Shown here piece by piece: positions 8,160 to 18,977 of a stretch of DNA of 64,000 nucleotides. The notes under the pieces are model-generated. The model was not told the origin of the DNA. It worked only from the letters and a program-made list of their open reading frames with translations, and did not search any database. The stretch comes from Bacteroidota bacterium (GTDB lineage: Bacteria > Bacteroidota > Bacteroidia > B-17B0 > Aurantibacillaceae). The position numbers were made by a program, and so were the translations under genes. Position 1 is the first letter of the stretch; every line of letters begins with the position of its first letter. The stretch covers positions 15,610 to 79,609 of the forward strand of contig JANYBY010000119.1 in NCBI GenBank assembly GCA_025360565.1. Direction: 5' to 3'.

Positions 8160-9922
8160 TGGAAAGTGATGTATTAGATATTTCTCCAATTGAAACCCGC
8201 GTAGAAACCGGGAATAAAGAGGAATTAAGCAAAGAGTTTAAACGCAAGTTAGAATGGATCCTGATCTGCTTATTACTTTTGGGATACGTTGTAGTTTCGT
8301 TTGCGCAAACCAATCTTAACGAAATTAATTATGGTGTAATAAGCAGGTTTAAACCAAGCATAAAAGATGCGTTTAAATTTGGCGACCTACCGGAAATTAA
8401 AGACAGTGTAAAACGTTTAAAGGATATTAAATACGGAATTGTAAGTCAGCCATTGTTTCCAAAATACCAGGTGCAGCCCATTGCCCCGGCAAAAATTCAG
8501 AACGAACCTTTAACAAAATTATACCGTTCCTTATTAAAAGTTGGGTACGGCCCAATTTACAATACGCCTTACGGCGAGTTTTGGATAAGTAATACACGAA
8601 ACAGAGATAAGAGTTATGGCGCTCACCTAAAACATTTATCAAGCACCAATCACTTGCAGAACGTGGGTTATGGAGGTTACAGCGATAATGTCGCAAGTGT
8701 TTTCGGAAAACAATTTTATAAAAAGCATACGCTCAGCGGCGAATTTAATTATGAACGTAACGTTATACACTATTATGGTTATGACACTAGCATCAATAAA
8801 ATAAGCGACAAAAATTACACCAAGCAGCGCTATCAATTATTTGAACCAAAATTGCAATTGGTAAGTCATTACACCGACAGCAGTCATATCAATCATGAAA
8901 TAGGATTAAAATATTATAATCTTCAGAACCTGAACCGGGAAGAAGAGAACAATTTTAATTTAAATACTAATTTAAATGGCTTTGTACAAAAAGAAAAAGT
9001 GGGTGTTAATTTTTCTACAGATTATTACAACCATAAACAAAGCCGAGATACGTTAAATGATCTAATAGTAACCCTATCGCCTTATGTTGAAGCGAATGGA
9101 AAAAGATATAAAACCAATCTGACCATTAACACAACACTGGAAAAATTTAAACAAGGGGTAACAGGCTTTTATAATTTTGAAGGGAAGGCGAGTTACGATG
9201 TATATGAAAACATAATCATTCCGTATGTTGAAGGCGGCGGAGGTACAGGAAAAATAATTAAAAACAGTTTCAGAAGTTTAAGCAAAGAAAATCCTTTTGT
9301 TGACAGCTCTTTAAATTACACGAACACACTTCTAAAATATTATGGTGTACTTGGGGTAAAAGGAAATTTAAGCAATAATACGTCTTACGATGCAAAGGCC
9401 AGTTACGCGCAATACGATAGCATGCATTTTTTTGTCATCGATTACAGCAAAACAATTCAAATGAACAATCGCTTTAAGGTGATCTACGATAACACAAGCC
9501 TTTTAACCATTAGCGGACAAATAAAACATCAGCCAAATGCAAAATTAAATTTGATCGCTAAAGGGAATTACTATATCTACAAAACAAAAAACGAAATACG
9601 CGCGTATCAAAAACCCGATTTTGATTTTACATTCTCAGGAATTTATAATTTACAAAGTAAAATTATTTTCAGGATGGATATTTTTGTAATGGGTAATCAG
9701 TGGGCATTATCGCAGGTAACCGACGCGGGCATCACCTCAATTAAGCCGGCACAAATACATGGTTATGGCGACGCGAATATAGAAGTAGAATACCGTTACA
9801 GTAAAATGCTGAGTTTCTTTGTACGCGCTAATAATATTGCCAACCAACGCTATTATCGTTGGGATCGATATCCAAGTCAAAGGCTTGGGTTAATGCTGGG
9901 CTTAACCTTTGTGCCGTTTTAA
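8159..9922 (+). CDS. Outer-membrane beta-barrel protein (TonB-dependent-receptor-like barrel)
   Basis: Alternating aromatic beta-strands, C-terminal 'NNIANQRY..W..YP.Q...MLGLTFVPF' ending in Phe, TAATG overlap with the TPR gene. Confidence 0.75.
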   Translation: MESDVLDISPIETRVETGNKEELSKEFKRKLEWILICLLLLGYVVVSFAQTNLNEINYGVISRFKPSIKDAFKFGDLPEIKDSVKRLKDIKYGIVSQPLFPKYQVQPIAPAKIQNEPLTKLYRSLLKVGYGPIYNTPYGEFWISNTRNRDKSYGAHLKHLSSTNHLQNVGYGGYSDNVASVFGKQFYKKHTLSGEFNYERNVIHYYGYDTSINKISDKNYTKQRYQLFEPKLQLVSHYTDSSHINHEIGLKYYNLQNLNREEENNFNLNTNLNGFVQKEKVGVNFSTDYYNHKQSRDTLNDLIVTLSPYVEANGKRYKTNLTINTTLEKFKQGVTGFYNFEGKASYDVYENIIIPYVEGGGGTGKIIKNSFRSLSKENPFVDSSLNYTNTLLKYYGVLGVKGNLSNNTSYDAKASYAQYDSMHFFVIDYSKTIQMNNRFKVIYDNTSLLTISGQIKHQPNAKLNLIAKGNYYIYKTKNEIRAYQKPDFDFTFSGIYNLQSKIIFRMDIFVMGNQWALSQVTDAGITSIKPAQIHGYGDANIEVEYRYSKMLSFFVRANNIANQRYYRWDRYPSQRLGLMLGLTFVPF

Positions 9923-9989
9923 CAATAGCGGTAATTTAATACCACTTTTAAGGTATTTCCCAGCAAGCACGGTTTACCTAACTTTAAGT

Positions 9990-10226
9990 ATGCCTAATTC
10001 AACATCGTTAGCACTGTTAAAACCCGGTGAATTTGCCATTATCAGATCTTTCAGTAATATTGATCTTTGTAATAAATTAATGGAAATGGGCTGCTTAACG
10101 GGAGAAATAGTTAGTGTAGTAAAAACTGCTCCTTTCGGATGCCCAATATCCATAGGCCTTGGCGGCCACGAGCTTAGTTTGCGCAAACAAGAAGCCGAAA
10201 TGGTTTTAGTTGAACTGGTCCCATAA
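9990..10226 (+). CDS. feoA: Ferrous iron transport protein A
   Basis: 'KLMEMGCLTG...APFGCPI...LSLRKQEA' FeoA motif. ATG 9990 is preferred over the track start at 9909, which overlaps the upstream gene. Confidence 0.9.
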   Translation: MPNSTSLALLKPGEFAIIRSFSNIDLCNKLMEMGCLTGEIVSVVKTAPFGCPISIGLGGHELSLRKQEAEMVLVELVP

Positions 10227-12249
10227 ATTTTTGTCGCCTATAAAAAATAATCAAATAAGGGTTGCTTTAATTGGTAATCCTAACGCCGGAAAATCCAGCC
10301 TGTTCAACGCACTTACCGGTTTAAAGCAAAAAACCGGAAATTACGCGGGCGTTACGGTAGATAAATTTGAAGGACAAACACAGATCCGTGTTAGTGACCA
10401 GGAGTTTAATCTTTCTATTATTGATCTGCCCGGCATTTACAGCCTTAACGCCAAAACAATGGATGAGCAGGTGGCCTGTTCGGCGCTTTTAAATGATTCG
10501 GAAAAAATTGACACGGCTGTTGTTGTTTTAGATGCCTCTAATCTTAAACGAAGCCTGTTAATTGCAACGCAGGTAATTGATCTGAAGTACAAAACGGTTG
10601 TGGCATTAAATATGATGGATGAGGCGGAGAAGCAGAAAATAATGATCGATATTAAAGGGCTTGAACAAACTTTAGGGGTTGAGGTTGTACCTATCAATTC
10701 GCGCGATAAAGTTGGCATCACAAACCTGAAAGAGGCCATAATCAGGGCAAGACAGAGCAACAGTTTTTTTTACGACATCACAGCCTATAATAAAGCCTTG
10801 CCGTTTAATTACCGATCAACTATTTCGGCGAATAATTTTTCTGATGCAAAAAACAATTCAGAGTTTTTTAATAAAGATCAAACTTATCGTTTCAATACTA
10901 TTAATTATCTGACCGCAAAGTATGTAAATAGCCCGAAAAAATTATTGCTTCAGGATATTTCTTCGCGCATAGATAAATATGTTACGCATAAATTTTTTGG
11001 TTATCTGATCTTGCTCATCGTTTTATTTTTAGTGTTCCAATTCATTTTTTATGTTGCCGAATATCCAATGAGCTGGATCGAATCTGCTTTTCTGCAGTTT
11101 CAGCATTTTACGGCCGGCATTTTACCGGCCGGGCAATTAAACGATATGCTTGTAAACGGGGTAATAGCCGGTATTAGCGGGGTAGTGATGTTTGTGCCGC
11201 AGATCGCGCTTCTGTTTTTATTCATTGGTTTTTTGGAAGATTCGGGTTACATGGCGCGTGCCAGTTTTATAATGGATAAACTTATGCGCAAATTCGGGCT
11301 TAATGGAAAATCGGTGATCCCCCTCATCAGCGGCACTGCCTGCGCGGTTCCTTCCATCATGGCCACCCGCACCATCAGCAATTATAAGGAGCGTTTAATA
11401 ACGGTTTTCGTATTGCCGCTTATAAGCTGCTCGGCAAGGCTCCCCGTTTATACATTGATAATTTCTTTGATCTATTCGGGTAATTCTTTTTTTGGGATCT
11501 TTAATATTAAAGGGCTTGTACTAATGGCTATGTATTTGATCGGATTTATTGTAACACTGATAGCCGCCTTTGTGCTTTCAAAAATAATAAAGACAAAAGA
11601 AACTTCTTTTTTTGTAATGGAAATGCCCGTCTACCGTTTACCGCTCTTAAAAAATATTGGCATCATGGTGGTAAGCAAAGTAAAAGTGTTTATAGTTAAT
11701 GCCGGAAAAATTATTTTAGCCATCTCGATCATACTTTGGTTTTTGAGCTCGCATGGCCCCGGCGAAAAATTTACACAAGCTAATTCTCAAATTTCACAAA
11801 TAAAAAATTCGCAAACCAACAAGCAGGAATTAAAACGTTTAAAAATTGAACAGCTCGAAAATTCTTATGTTGGCATTCTTGGAAAATGGATTGAGCCCGT
11901 TATTAAACCAATGGGGTTTGATTGGAAAATTGGCATCGCGCTTATTACATCCTTTGCGGCCCGTGAAGTATTTGTTGGCACAATGGCCACTATTTATGGA
12001 ACGGAAGAAAAAGGAAGCGGCATAAAACAAAAATTAGCGGAAGAAAAAGACGCGAACGGAAAAGCGGTGTATACCACCGCCGTGTGTTGGGCCCTGCTGT
12101 TATTTTACGCCTTTGCCCTGCAATGCATGAGCACGATCGCCACAGTAAAACGAGAAACAAAAAGTTGGAAATGGACTTTTTTACAATTGGTATTTATGAC
12201 CTCTCTTGCATATTTATCTGCCTTTACAGCCTTTCACTTGCTTTCTTGA
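10210..12249 (+). CDS. feoB: Ferrous iron transport protein B
   Basis: G1 GNPNAGKS, G2 NYAGVT, G3 DLPG, G4 NMMD, then multiple TM/gate segments. The exact start codon is uncertain. Confidence 0.95.
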   Translation: MNWSHKFLSPIKNNQIRVALIGNPNAGKSSLFNALTGLKQKTGNYAGVTVDKFEGQTQIRVSDQEFNLSIIDLPGIYSLNAKTMDEQVACSALLNDSEKIDTAVVVLDASNLKRSLLIATQVIDLKYKTVVALNMMDEAEKQKIMIDIKGLEQTLGVEVVPINSRDKVGITNLKEAIIRARQSNSFFYDITAYNKALPFNYRSTISANNFSDAKNNSEFFNKDQTYRFNTINYLTAKYVNSPKKLLLQDISSRIDKYVTHKFFGYLILLIVLFLVFQFIFYVAEYPMSWIESAFLQFQHFTAGILPAGQLNDMLVNGVIAGISGVVMFVPQIALLFLFIGFLEDSGYMARASFIMDKLMRKFGLNGKSVIPLISGTACAVPSIMATRTISNYKERLITVFVLPLISCSARLPVYTLIISLIYSGNSFFGIFNIKGLVLMAMYLIGFIVTLIAAFVLSKIIKTKETSFFVMEMPVYRLPLLKNIGIMVVSKVKVFIVNAGKIILAISIILWFLSSHGPGEKFTQANSQISQIKNSQTNKQELKRLKIEQLENSYVGILGKWIEPVIKPMGFDWKIGIALITSFAAREVFVGTMATIYGTEEKGSGIKQKLAEEKDANGKAVYTTAVCWALLLFYAFALQCMSTIATVKRETKSWKWTFLQLVFMTSLAYLSAFTAFHLLS

Positions 12250-12405
12250 CCCCCGCATAAATGCTATTATCCCCTTGGAGAGGGGATTTACGGCTGAGGC
12301 CACCATTTATATTTTGGAATTCTGCAAATAAATGGCATTTTTGTTGCCCCGCACAAACCGCTTTTAATAAAGGCAATTTGTCTTGTGGAAGCTTAAAATT
12401 TTAAT

Positions 12406-15090
12406 ATGATCACAAAAAAAGTATTTGCGGCTTTAATGTTACTAATTTTAGCCGCCGCTTGCCATACCAATAAAAAACACACAAAGGTTGTAAAAAACGA
12501 CGATCCTGTAATTTTGCTCGATACCATTAGCGTTGTAGCGAATGAAAAACCAAAAAGAGAGATTTATAGCGCCGCTAACACCAAGCTAACCGAGATTATC
12601 CACACACGCCTCGACGTAAATTTTGATTGGGCCAATAGCCGAATGAGCGGAGTGGCCACCCTCGATCTGAAACAACATTTTTATCCCTCGTCAAAATTAT
12701 TTTTAAACGCGAGGGGTATGGACATTGTGAAAGTGGAAGTGTATGAGTTCTTAACCGGTACGGAAACAAGTAAAGATGGGTATAAAAATATACATGCCTC
12801 TGTTCAATCGCCGAGCCAAATTATTTCGGCAAAATATATTTACGAGAACGATTCTTTAAAAATAGATCTTGGTAAGATCTTTACCGGTAAAGAAAAATAC
12901 CGTGTGGTGATCCAATATATTGCTAAACCCAACGAATTAAAAAGTGTTGGCGGTAGCAATGCCATTATGAGCGATAAAGGACTTTACTTTGTAAATCCAA
13001 AAGGGGAAAATCCTTATCTGATGCCTCAGATCTGGACGCAGGGCGAAACCCAATCCAATTCTGTTTGGTTTCCAACGATCGATAGCCCGAATTCAAAAAT
13101 GACACAAGAAATATTTATGACGGTGGATGATAAATATACAACCCTATCTAACGGTTTGCTACTTGACTCCAAAAAAAATGCGAACGGCACACGTACTGAT
13201 TATTGGAAAATGGACGAGCCTCACGCCCCTTATTTGGCCATGATGGCGGTTGGCCAATTTAAAAAAGTAGTGGATGAGCCCTGGAACGGGAAAGAAATAA
13301 GTTATTATGTTGAAAAGGAATACGAGCCACACGCGAAAGGAATTTTTGGAGCTACAAAAGAAATGATCGAGTTTTATTCAAAACGATTAGGTGTACCCTA
13401 TGCCTGGCCAAAGTACGCGCAGGTTGTGGCTCGAGAATATGTAAGCGGTGCGATGGAAAATACAAGCGCCACATTACATGGAGATATGGCAGTGTATCAA
13501 ACAACGCGCGAGTTGCTCGATGGCAAAAATGGAGAAGGCGTTATAGCACACGAATTATTTCACCAATGGTTTGGCGACTTGGTTACTTGCGAGAGCTGGA
13601 GCAATTTGCCACTCAACGAAAGTTTTGCAACCTATGGAGAATATTTATGGGAAGAACATAAGAACGGGCGCGACGCGGCAGATCATCACCACGAGTCAAG
13701 CCGAATGGGCTACATGCGCTCAACTAAAGAAGTGAACATGATCCGTTTTAATGTGGAAGAAAGAGAAGATATGTTCGACGGGTTTAGTTACAGTAAAGGC
13801 GGACAAATATTACACATGCTGCGCAAGGCTGTTGGCGACGATGCTTTTTTTGCTTCCTTAAAAAATTATTTAGAAACAAATAAATTTAAAAGCGCCGAAA
13901 TTCACAATTTACGTTTGGCGTTTGAAGAAGTAACGGGTGAAGACATGAATTGGTTCTTTAACCAATGGTTTTTAAATAAAGGAAGGCCAAAATTAAAAGT
14001 AACGCAAAAATTCAATGAAACTTCTAAAATGATAGAGCTTACGGTGGAACAAAATCAGGATCTGAAAAATACACCGCTTTATAAATTACCAATTGATGTG
14101 GATATTTATTTTTGGGGATTGATAACCCGAACACGTATTTGGGTAACGGAACAAAAACAAACTTTTTTTATGAAAAGCGATGGTAAACCTCAATTGGTGA
14201 ACTTTGATGCCGAACACCAATTGTTATGTGATCTGGATTACGTAAGAACAAATGAAGAAAATTTATTTATGTATAAGGACGCGCCTTTGTACGGCGATAG
14301 AAAAGAAGCCCTGAAACAATTAGAATCAAAAATGGAGGAGGCTACAGTTTTCAATTTATTTAAATGGGTGGCCGAAAACGACAAATATTTTGGATTAAGA
14401 AATTACGCGATGGATAAACTATTTACAGTTTCGAAAGAAAAACTGCCCGAAGTAAAAACCATTTTAATGAACGTGTTTAATAAAGATAGCAAAACAAGAA
14501 CGCGTGCAAAAGCCCTTGGCCTGTTAAACATTAAATTTGGAGCGGATGCAGATGTTGCGCAGTTAAACGAAAAAGCCTTAACCGATGTATCCTACGCTGT
14601 TAACGGAGAAGCGCTGGAAGCCATTTGTAAAAGCAACCCTAAATTGGGAATGGAAAAAGCAAAATTGTTTGAGGGAGAAATGGGAAAAGATTTAATTTTT
14701 CCGATCGCTGAATTGTATGGAAACAATGGGGGAGACGATCAGGTTGCTTATTTTCAGAATACACTTAAATATATGAATGGATTTGAGCTGATGGGTTTTT
14801 TAAACCATTACGCAAAACTGGGCAAACGCTGTAACATGGCCTCTACCGCATTAACGGTTGCAAAAGATCTTGAATTAATTGCAAAAGGCGCAAACCGTTT
14901 TACAAAATACACAGCCCTTAAAGGAATAAAAGATATTTTAAGCGTTTGGGAAGGAAAAGAAAAAACCGCAAAAATAAAATTAGATGCGGCAAAAAGTGAA
15001 AATAAAGAAGCAAACATTTTAGAAAATGAATACAAGGTGATAAACGAAACAAAAGAGGCCCTCTCAAAATCTTATACAGCATTAAAATAA
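12406..15090 (+). CDS. M1 family aminopeptidase (lipoprotein) with HEAT-like C-terminus
   Basis: GAMEN and HELFH-X18-E motifs; lipobox LAAAC. Confidence 0.9.
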   Translation: MITKKVFAALMLLILAAACHTNKKHTKVVKNDDPVILLDTISVVANEKPKREIYSAANTKLTEIIHTRLDVNFDWANSRMSGVATLDLKQHFYPSSKLFLNARGMDIVKVEVYEFLTGTETSKDGYKNIHASVQSPSQIISAKYIYENDSLKIDLGKIFTGKEKYRVVIQYIAKPNELKSVGGSNAIMSDKGLYFVNPKGENPYLMPQIWTQGETQSNSVWFPTIDSPNSKMTQEIFMTVDDKYTTLSNGLLLDSKKNANGTRTDYWKMDEPHAPYLAMMAVGQFKKVVDEPWNGKEISYYVEKEYEPHAKGIFGATKEMIEFYSKRLGVPYAWPKYAQVVAREYVSGAMENTSATLHGDMAVYQTTRELLDGKNGEGVIAHELFHQWFGDLVTCESWSNLPLNESFATYGEYLWEEHKNGRDAADHHHESSRMGYMRSTKEVNMIRFNVEEREDMFDGFSYSKGGQILHMLRKAVGDDAFFASLKNYLETNKFKSAEIHNLRLAFEEVTGEDMNWFFNQWFLNKGRPKLKVTQKFNETSKMIELTVEQNQDLKNTPLYKLPIDVDIYFWGLITRTRIWVTEQKQTFFMKSDGKPQLVNFDAEHQLLCDLDYVRTNEENLFMYKDAPLYGDRKEALKQLESKMEEATVFNLFKWVAENDKYFGLRNYAMDKLFTVSKEKLPEVKTILMNVFNKDSKTRTRAKALGLLNIKFGADADVAQLNEKALTDVSYAVNGEALEAICKSNPKLGMEKAKLFEGEMGKDLIFPIAELYGNNGGDDQVAYFQNTLKYMNGFELMGFLNHYAKLGKRCNMASTALTVAKDLELIAKGANRFTKYTALKGIKDILSVWEGKEKTAKIKLDAAKSENKEANILENEYKVINETKEALSKSYTALK

Positions 15091-15103
15091 AATTCGGAGA
15101 AAT

Positions 15104-15508
15104 ATGAAAGGAGTATTTGCAATTTGTTTTATTTTAGGCAGCTTTGTTTTTATGCGTTGCGATCAACCAAAACCTGAGATTGTAAATAATAAAGCGCTTG
15201 AAGTAGTTGAAAAGTTCAATCAAAAATGCCCTATGATGATCGATTCCGAAACACGAATTGATGGCATTGAAGTTAAAAAGCCGAACACCATTTTATATAA
15301 ATATACTTTAATGAACGTGAGTGTTGAAAATGTTGACACCACCTTATTTGAAGCTGCCTTACGGCCCGGTATTGTTAATACCTTAAAAACAAATCCCGAC
15401 CTGAAAGAAATGCGCGACCTGAAAGCAAATTTTGAATATTATTATAAGGATAAGAAAAATAAATTTATTTATTCTTTCACCATTACACCAATAGATTATA
15501 AATTATAA
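15104..15508 (+). CDS. Hypothetical lipoprotein
   Basis: Signal peptide ending in Cys (FMRC); 'CPMMIDSETRID' motif; function unknown. Confidence 0.7.
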   Translation: MKGVFAICFILGSFVFMRCDQPKPEIVNNKALEVVEKFNQKCPMMIDSETRIDGIEVKKPNTILYKYTLMNVSVENVDTTLFEAALRPGIVNTLKTNPDLKEMRDLKANFEYYYKDKKNKFIYSFTITPIDYKL

Positions 15509-15517
15509 TTCAACTCC

Positions 15518-16213
15518 ATGGCAAAAACAGTAATTGAGAAAATACTTTTTCTCGACATTGAAACGGTTCCTGTAAATTACAAATACAGCGAATTGGATAA
15601 AACATCAAAGGAATTGTGGGATAAAAAATGGCATTTTAATAAAGAGGTTACACCCGAAAAACATTATGAAAAGGCGGGCATCTACGCTGAGTTTGCAAAA
15701 GTGGTTTGCATCGGCGTAGGATTTTATAACGGAAAAAAATTCAGGGTAAAATCCCTCGCTTCAGAGAACGAACAAGAAATCTTAAAACAATTTTCAGAAT
15801 TACTGGCACAGCATTTTAATACAAGCACTCATTTATTATGCGCGCACAATGGTAAGGAATTCGATTTTCCATTTTTATGCCGTCGTTTTTTAATAAACAA
15901 TATGCCTTTGCCAAAAGTATTGCAAATTCAAGGGCTAAAACCCTGGGAAGTAAAACACATTGATACCTTAGATCTTTGGAAATTCGGGGACGTTAAAAAT
16001 TTCAGCTCTTTAAATTTATTGGCGCATGCTTTAGCAATTCCTTCTCCCAAAGACGATATGGACGGAAGTTTAGTGGCCAAAACTTTTTACGAAGAAAAAA
16101 ATCTAAAAAAAATTGAGACCTATTGCAAAAAGGACGTTATCACGCTGGCCCGCGTTTATAAGCGTTTTGAGGGAACAGGAAATCTAAACGATGAAGACAT
16201 TATTTTTGTGTAA
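15518..16213 (+). CDS. PolB-like 3'-5' exonuclease (DEDD)
   Basis: FLDIETV (ExoI), HNGKEFDFPF (ExoII), YCKKDV (ExoIII). Confidence 0.85.
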   Translation: MAKTVIEKILFLDIETVPVNYKYSELDKTSKELWDKKWHFNKEVTPEKHYEKAGIYAEFAKVVCIGVGFYNGKKFRVKSLASENEQEILKQFSELLAQHFNTSTHLLCAHNGKEFDFPFLCRRFLINNMPLPKVLQIQGLKPWEVKHIDTLDLWKFGDVKNFSSLNLLAHALAIPSPKDDMDGSLVAKTFYEEKNLKKIETYCKKDVITLARVYKRFEGTGNLNDEDIIFV

Positions 16214-16225
16214 TTTCGGCCTTAC

Positions 16226-17221
16226 ATGAAAGCCCCCGTTATAGGTATTATTGGCAGCGGAAGCTGGGCAACAGCCCTTGCAAAATTATTTTTAAATAAT
16301 TGTCAAACCCTAAATTGGTTTATAAGGAATCAGGCGGATATTGATCACTTTAAACAAAATCACAACAATCCAAAATATTTAAGCACCGTAAGGTTCGATG
16401 TTTCTAAAATAAATTTTTCGACCTCACTAAACGAAATTATTCAAAAGTCAGATATCATTGTTCTTACTGTTCCTTCAGCTTTTTTAAACAGTACATTTAA
16501 AACAATAAAGCGCGAAGATCTAAAAGACAAAGTAATTTTTTCTGCCATTAAGGGTATTGTTTCCGAGTATAATTTAATAGTGGGCGAGTACTTGAATAAA
16601 ATATACGAGGTGCCGTTTCAAAATATTGGGGTTATAACGGGGCCCTGCCATGCAGAAGAAGTTGCTTTGGAAAAATTAAGTTACCTAACCATCGCCTCGC
16701 AAAACAGTATCAATGCCCAAACCGTTAGTAACCTATTAAATTGCGCGTATTTAAGGTCTACTGTAAGCGATGATATTTATGGAACGGAATATTCGGCCGT
16801 TTTAAAAAATGTAGTTGCCATAGCGGGCGGTATTTGTTATGGCTTAGGCTATGGCGATAATTTTTTAGCCGTTTTAGTAAGCAATTCAATTCAGGAAATA
16901 AAACGTTTTGTGGATGCAGTTCATCCAATAGACCGGGATATAAAAGCTTCGGCGTATTTAGGCGATTTGCTTGTAACCGCGTATTCAAAATTTAGCCGTA
17001 ACCGCACTTTTGGCACAATGATAGGGCAAGGCCATTCGGTTAAAGCAGCGCAAACCGAAATGAAAATGGTGGCTGAAGGTTACTATGCTGTTAAATGCGT
17101 TTTCGAGATCAACAAAACGCATAACGTGCACATGCCAATTACCAACGCGGTGTATCAAATTATTTACAACAATAAAAATGCTGCGGCCGAAATGGAAAGC
17201 TTAACACATTTACTATCGTAA
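16226..17221 (+). CDS. gpsA: NAD(P)H-dependent glycerol-3-phosphate dehydrogenase
   Basis: GSGSWATA, GPCHAEEV, LKNVVAIAGG, GLGYGDN, GDLLVTAYS..SRN and AEG motifs. Confidence 0.95.
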   Translation: MKAPVIGIIGSGSWATALAKLFLNNCQTLNWFIRNQADIDHFKQNHNNPKYLSTVRFDVSKINFSTSLNEIIQKSDIIVLTVPSAFLNSTFKTIKREDLKDKVIFSAIKGIVSEYNLIVGEYLNKIYEVPFQNIGVITGPCHAEEVALEKLSYLTIASQNSINAQTVSNLLNCAYLRSTVSDDIYGTEYSAVLKNVVAIAGGICYGLGYGDNFLAVLVSNSIQEIKRFVDAVHPIDRDIKASAYLGDLLVTAYSKFSRNRTFGTMIGQGHSVKAAQTEMKMVAEGYYAVKCVFEINKTHNVHMPITNAVYQIIYNNKNAAAEMESLTHLLS

Positions 17222-17853
17222 TGAAATATTTCGCGCATACAATATCCGTTCTATTTCATCCCATGTTAATGGTTACTTACGGCTGCCTTTTATTATTTTT
17301 CGGAATAAAAAATACAGTGTTCGAATATTTAACACCCTTTGAAACCAAATGGCGAATTACTCTCATTGTTTTCGCGTTTTCATTCGCCTTTCCGGTATTG
17401 AATATTTTTATTTTATACAAACTAAAACGTTTGCCAAGTTTAATCTTAAGCCAACAACGCGACCGAACATTCCCTTATATAATGACCTCTCTTTTTTATT
17501 TTGGCTTATTTTATCTTTTAAAAGATATTAATATTTGGAATCCCCTTAAACTTTTTATTTTAGGCGGCGGCCTTGGCATTTTATTAAGCGCTTTAATAAA
17601 TTTAAAATTCAAAATAAGCGCACACATGGTTGGTATTGGCGGTTTACTGGGCGCTTTGATCTCGGTTTCATACTTAATAAAATTTGATATGACCTTATTT
17701 TACATAGCAAGCATTATTATTGCAGGGTTAATAGGCACCTCAAGGCTTTATTTAAAAGAACATAAACCATATCAGCTTTACACCGGATTTTTACTTGGTG
17801 TAATTGTGCAAACAGGTTTGTTTTTTGTGTTCGAAAAAGCCAACTTTACATAA
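17221..17853 (+). CDS. Membrane protein, PAP2-like
   Basis: About 6 TM segments with 'KISAHM.G.GG' and 'SRLYL..H' motifs. Confidence 0.7.
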   Translation: MKYFAHTISVLFHPMLMVTYGCLLLFFGIKNTVFEYLTPFETKWRITLIVFAFSFAFPVLNIFILYKLKRLPSLILSQQRDRTFPYIMTSLFYFGLFYLLKDINIWNPLKLFILGGGLGILLSALINLKFKISAHMVGIGGLLGALISVSYLIKFDMTLFYIASIIIAGLIGTSRLYLKEHKPYQLYTGFLLGVIVQTGLFFVFEKANFT

Positions 17854-17862
17854 ATAAAAAAA

Positions 17863-18888
17863 TTGAATTTAGTTACAGGCGCCACCGGCATTTTAGGAAG
17901 TCATGTTGTTTTAAAGCTCTTGCAAAACAACCAACCTGTTGTAGCCTGTAAACAAAAAAACAGCGACCTGAAAAAGATCGAACAATTATTTTCTTATTAC
18001 AACGAACAAGATCTGTTTAAAAAAATTAGTTGGAAAGAGGTAGATGTTTGCGATGTATTTTCTATTGAAGAAGCTTTAGAGGGAGTTGAAACCGTTTATC
18101 ATTGCGCAGGTTTTGTTTCGTTTAATAAAAAGGACAGAAATGAATTATATAAGATAAATGAAAATGGAACATCAAATGTTTTAGCGGCATGCATGCACAA
18201 AAAAATAAGCGCCTTTTGTCATGTGAGTTCAGTGGCCACCATAAATAATTTAGATCATAAAGAACCGCTGGATGAAAATGTTTTTTGGAAAACAGGCGGA
18301 AACGAGAGCGATTACGCTTTGAGTAAATACAACGGCGAGCGCGAAGTGTGGCGCGCAATGGAAGAAGGAATGAAGGCGCTGATCGTAAATCCCGGTGTTA
18401 TTTTATCACCCGGTTTTTGGGATCAAAGTAGCTCTAAGTTATTTGGAAGATGTTATGCCGGAAATAAATATTATACCAACGGCTTGGCACCTTATATTTC
18501 GGCAAAAGATGCAGCCGCAATTATGATCGAATTAATTAAAAAAAAACAATTTGCAAACCGTTACATTTTAGCCGAAGGAAATTATTCGTTTAAAGAAATT
18601 GTAGACAACATTTTAACCAATTTCGGTAAGCCTAAAACATTCATTAACGCCAGTCGCGCACTTTTACAAATTGGCCGTTTTTTCGACTTTATTTCCTCAA
18701 AAATTACCGGAAAAGAACAGCTTTTAAGTGCCGCAATTGTTGAAGCTGCATTCAATAAACAAACCTATTTAAACACTAAGCTTAACACCGCTTTACATTA
18801 TAAATACACTCCAATAACAGAGGAAATTAAAGAGATTTGCAGGTTTTTTGGGCAAGACAGAAGCGTTTTGGGTGTTAAAATACTGTAA
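17863..18888 (+). CDS. NAD-dependent epimerase/dehydratase (extended SDR)
   Basis: TGATGILG, HCAG, HVSS and YxxxK (YALSK) motifs. Confidence 0.9.
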   Translation: MNLVTGATGILGSHVVLKLLQNNQPVVACKQKNSDLKKIEQLFSYYNEQDLFKKISWKEVDVCDVFSIEEALEGVETVYHCAGFVSFNKKDRNELYKINENGTSNVLAACMHKKISAFCHVSSVATINNLDHKEPLDENVFWKTGGNESDYALSKYNGEREVWRAMEEGMKALIVNPGVILSPGFWDQSSSKLFGRCYAGNKYYTNGLAPYISAKDAAAIMIELIKKKQFANRYILAEGNYSFKEIVDNILTNFGKPKTFINASRALLQIGRFFDFISSKITGKEQLLSAAIVEAAFNKQTYLNTKLNTALHYKYTPITEEIKEICRFFGQDRSVLGVKIL

Positions 18889-18977
18889 GCCAATCGCTTA
18901 AACTTTGTCCGAATAAACATTATTTTGGTTTTTGTAAGTAATTTATATATCTTAGTCTATTATTTTACGTATTTAGT

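Noticed and set aside
12250-12405. Possible riboswitch or Fur-type element between feoB and the M1 peptidase
   Set aside because: Only a short hairpin (ATCCCCT-TGGAG-AGGGGAT) resembling a degenerate REP or terminator; no aptamer consensus recognised.
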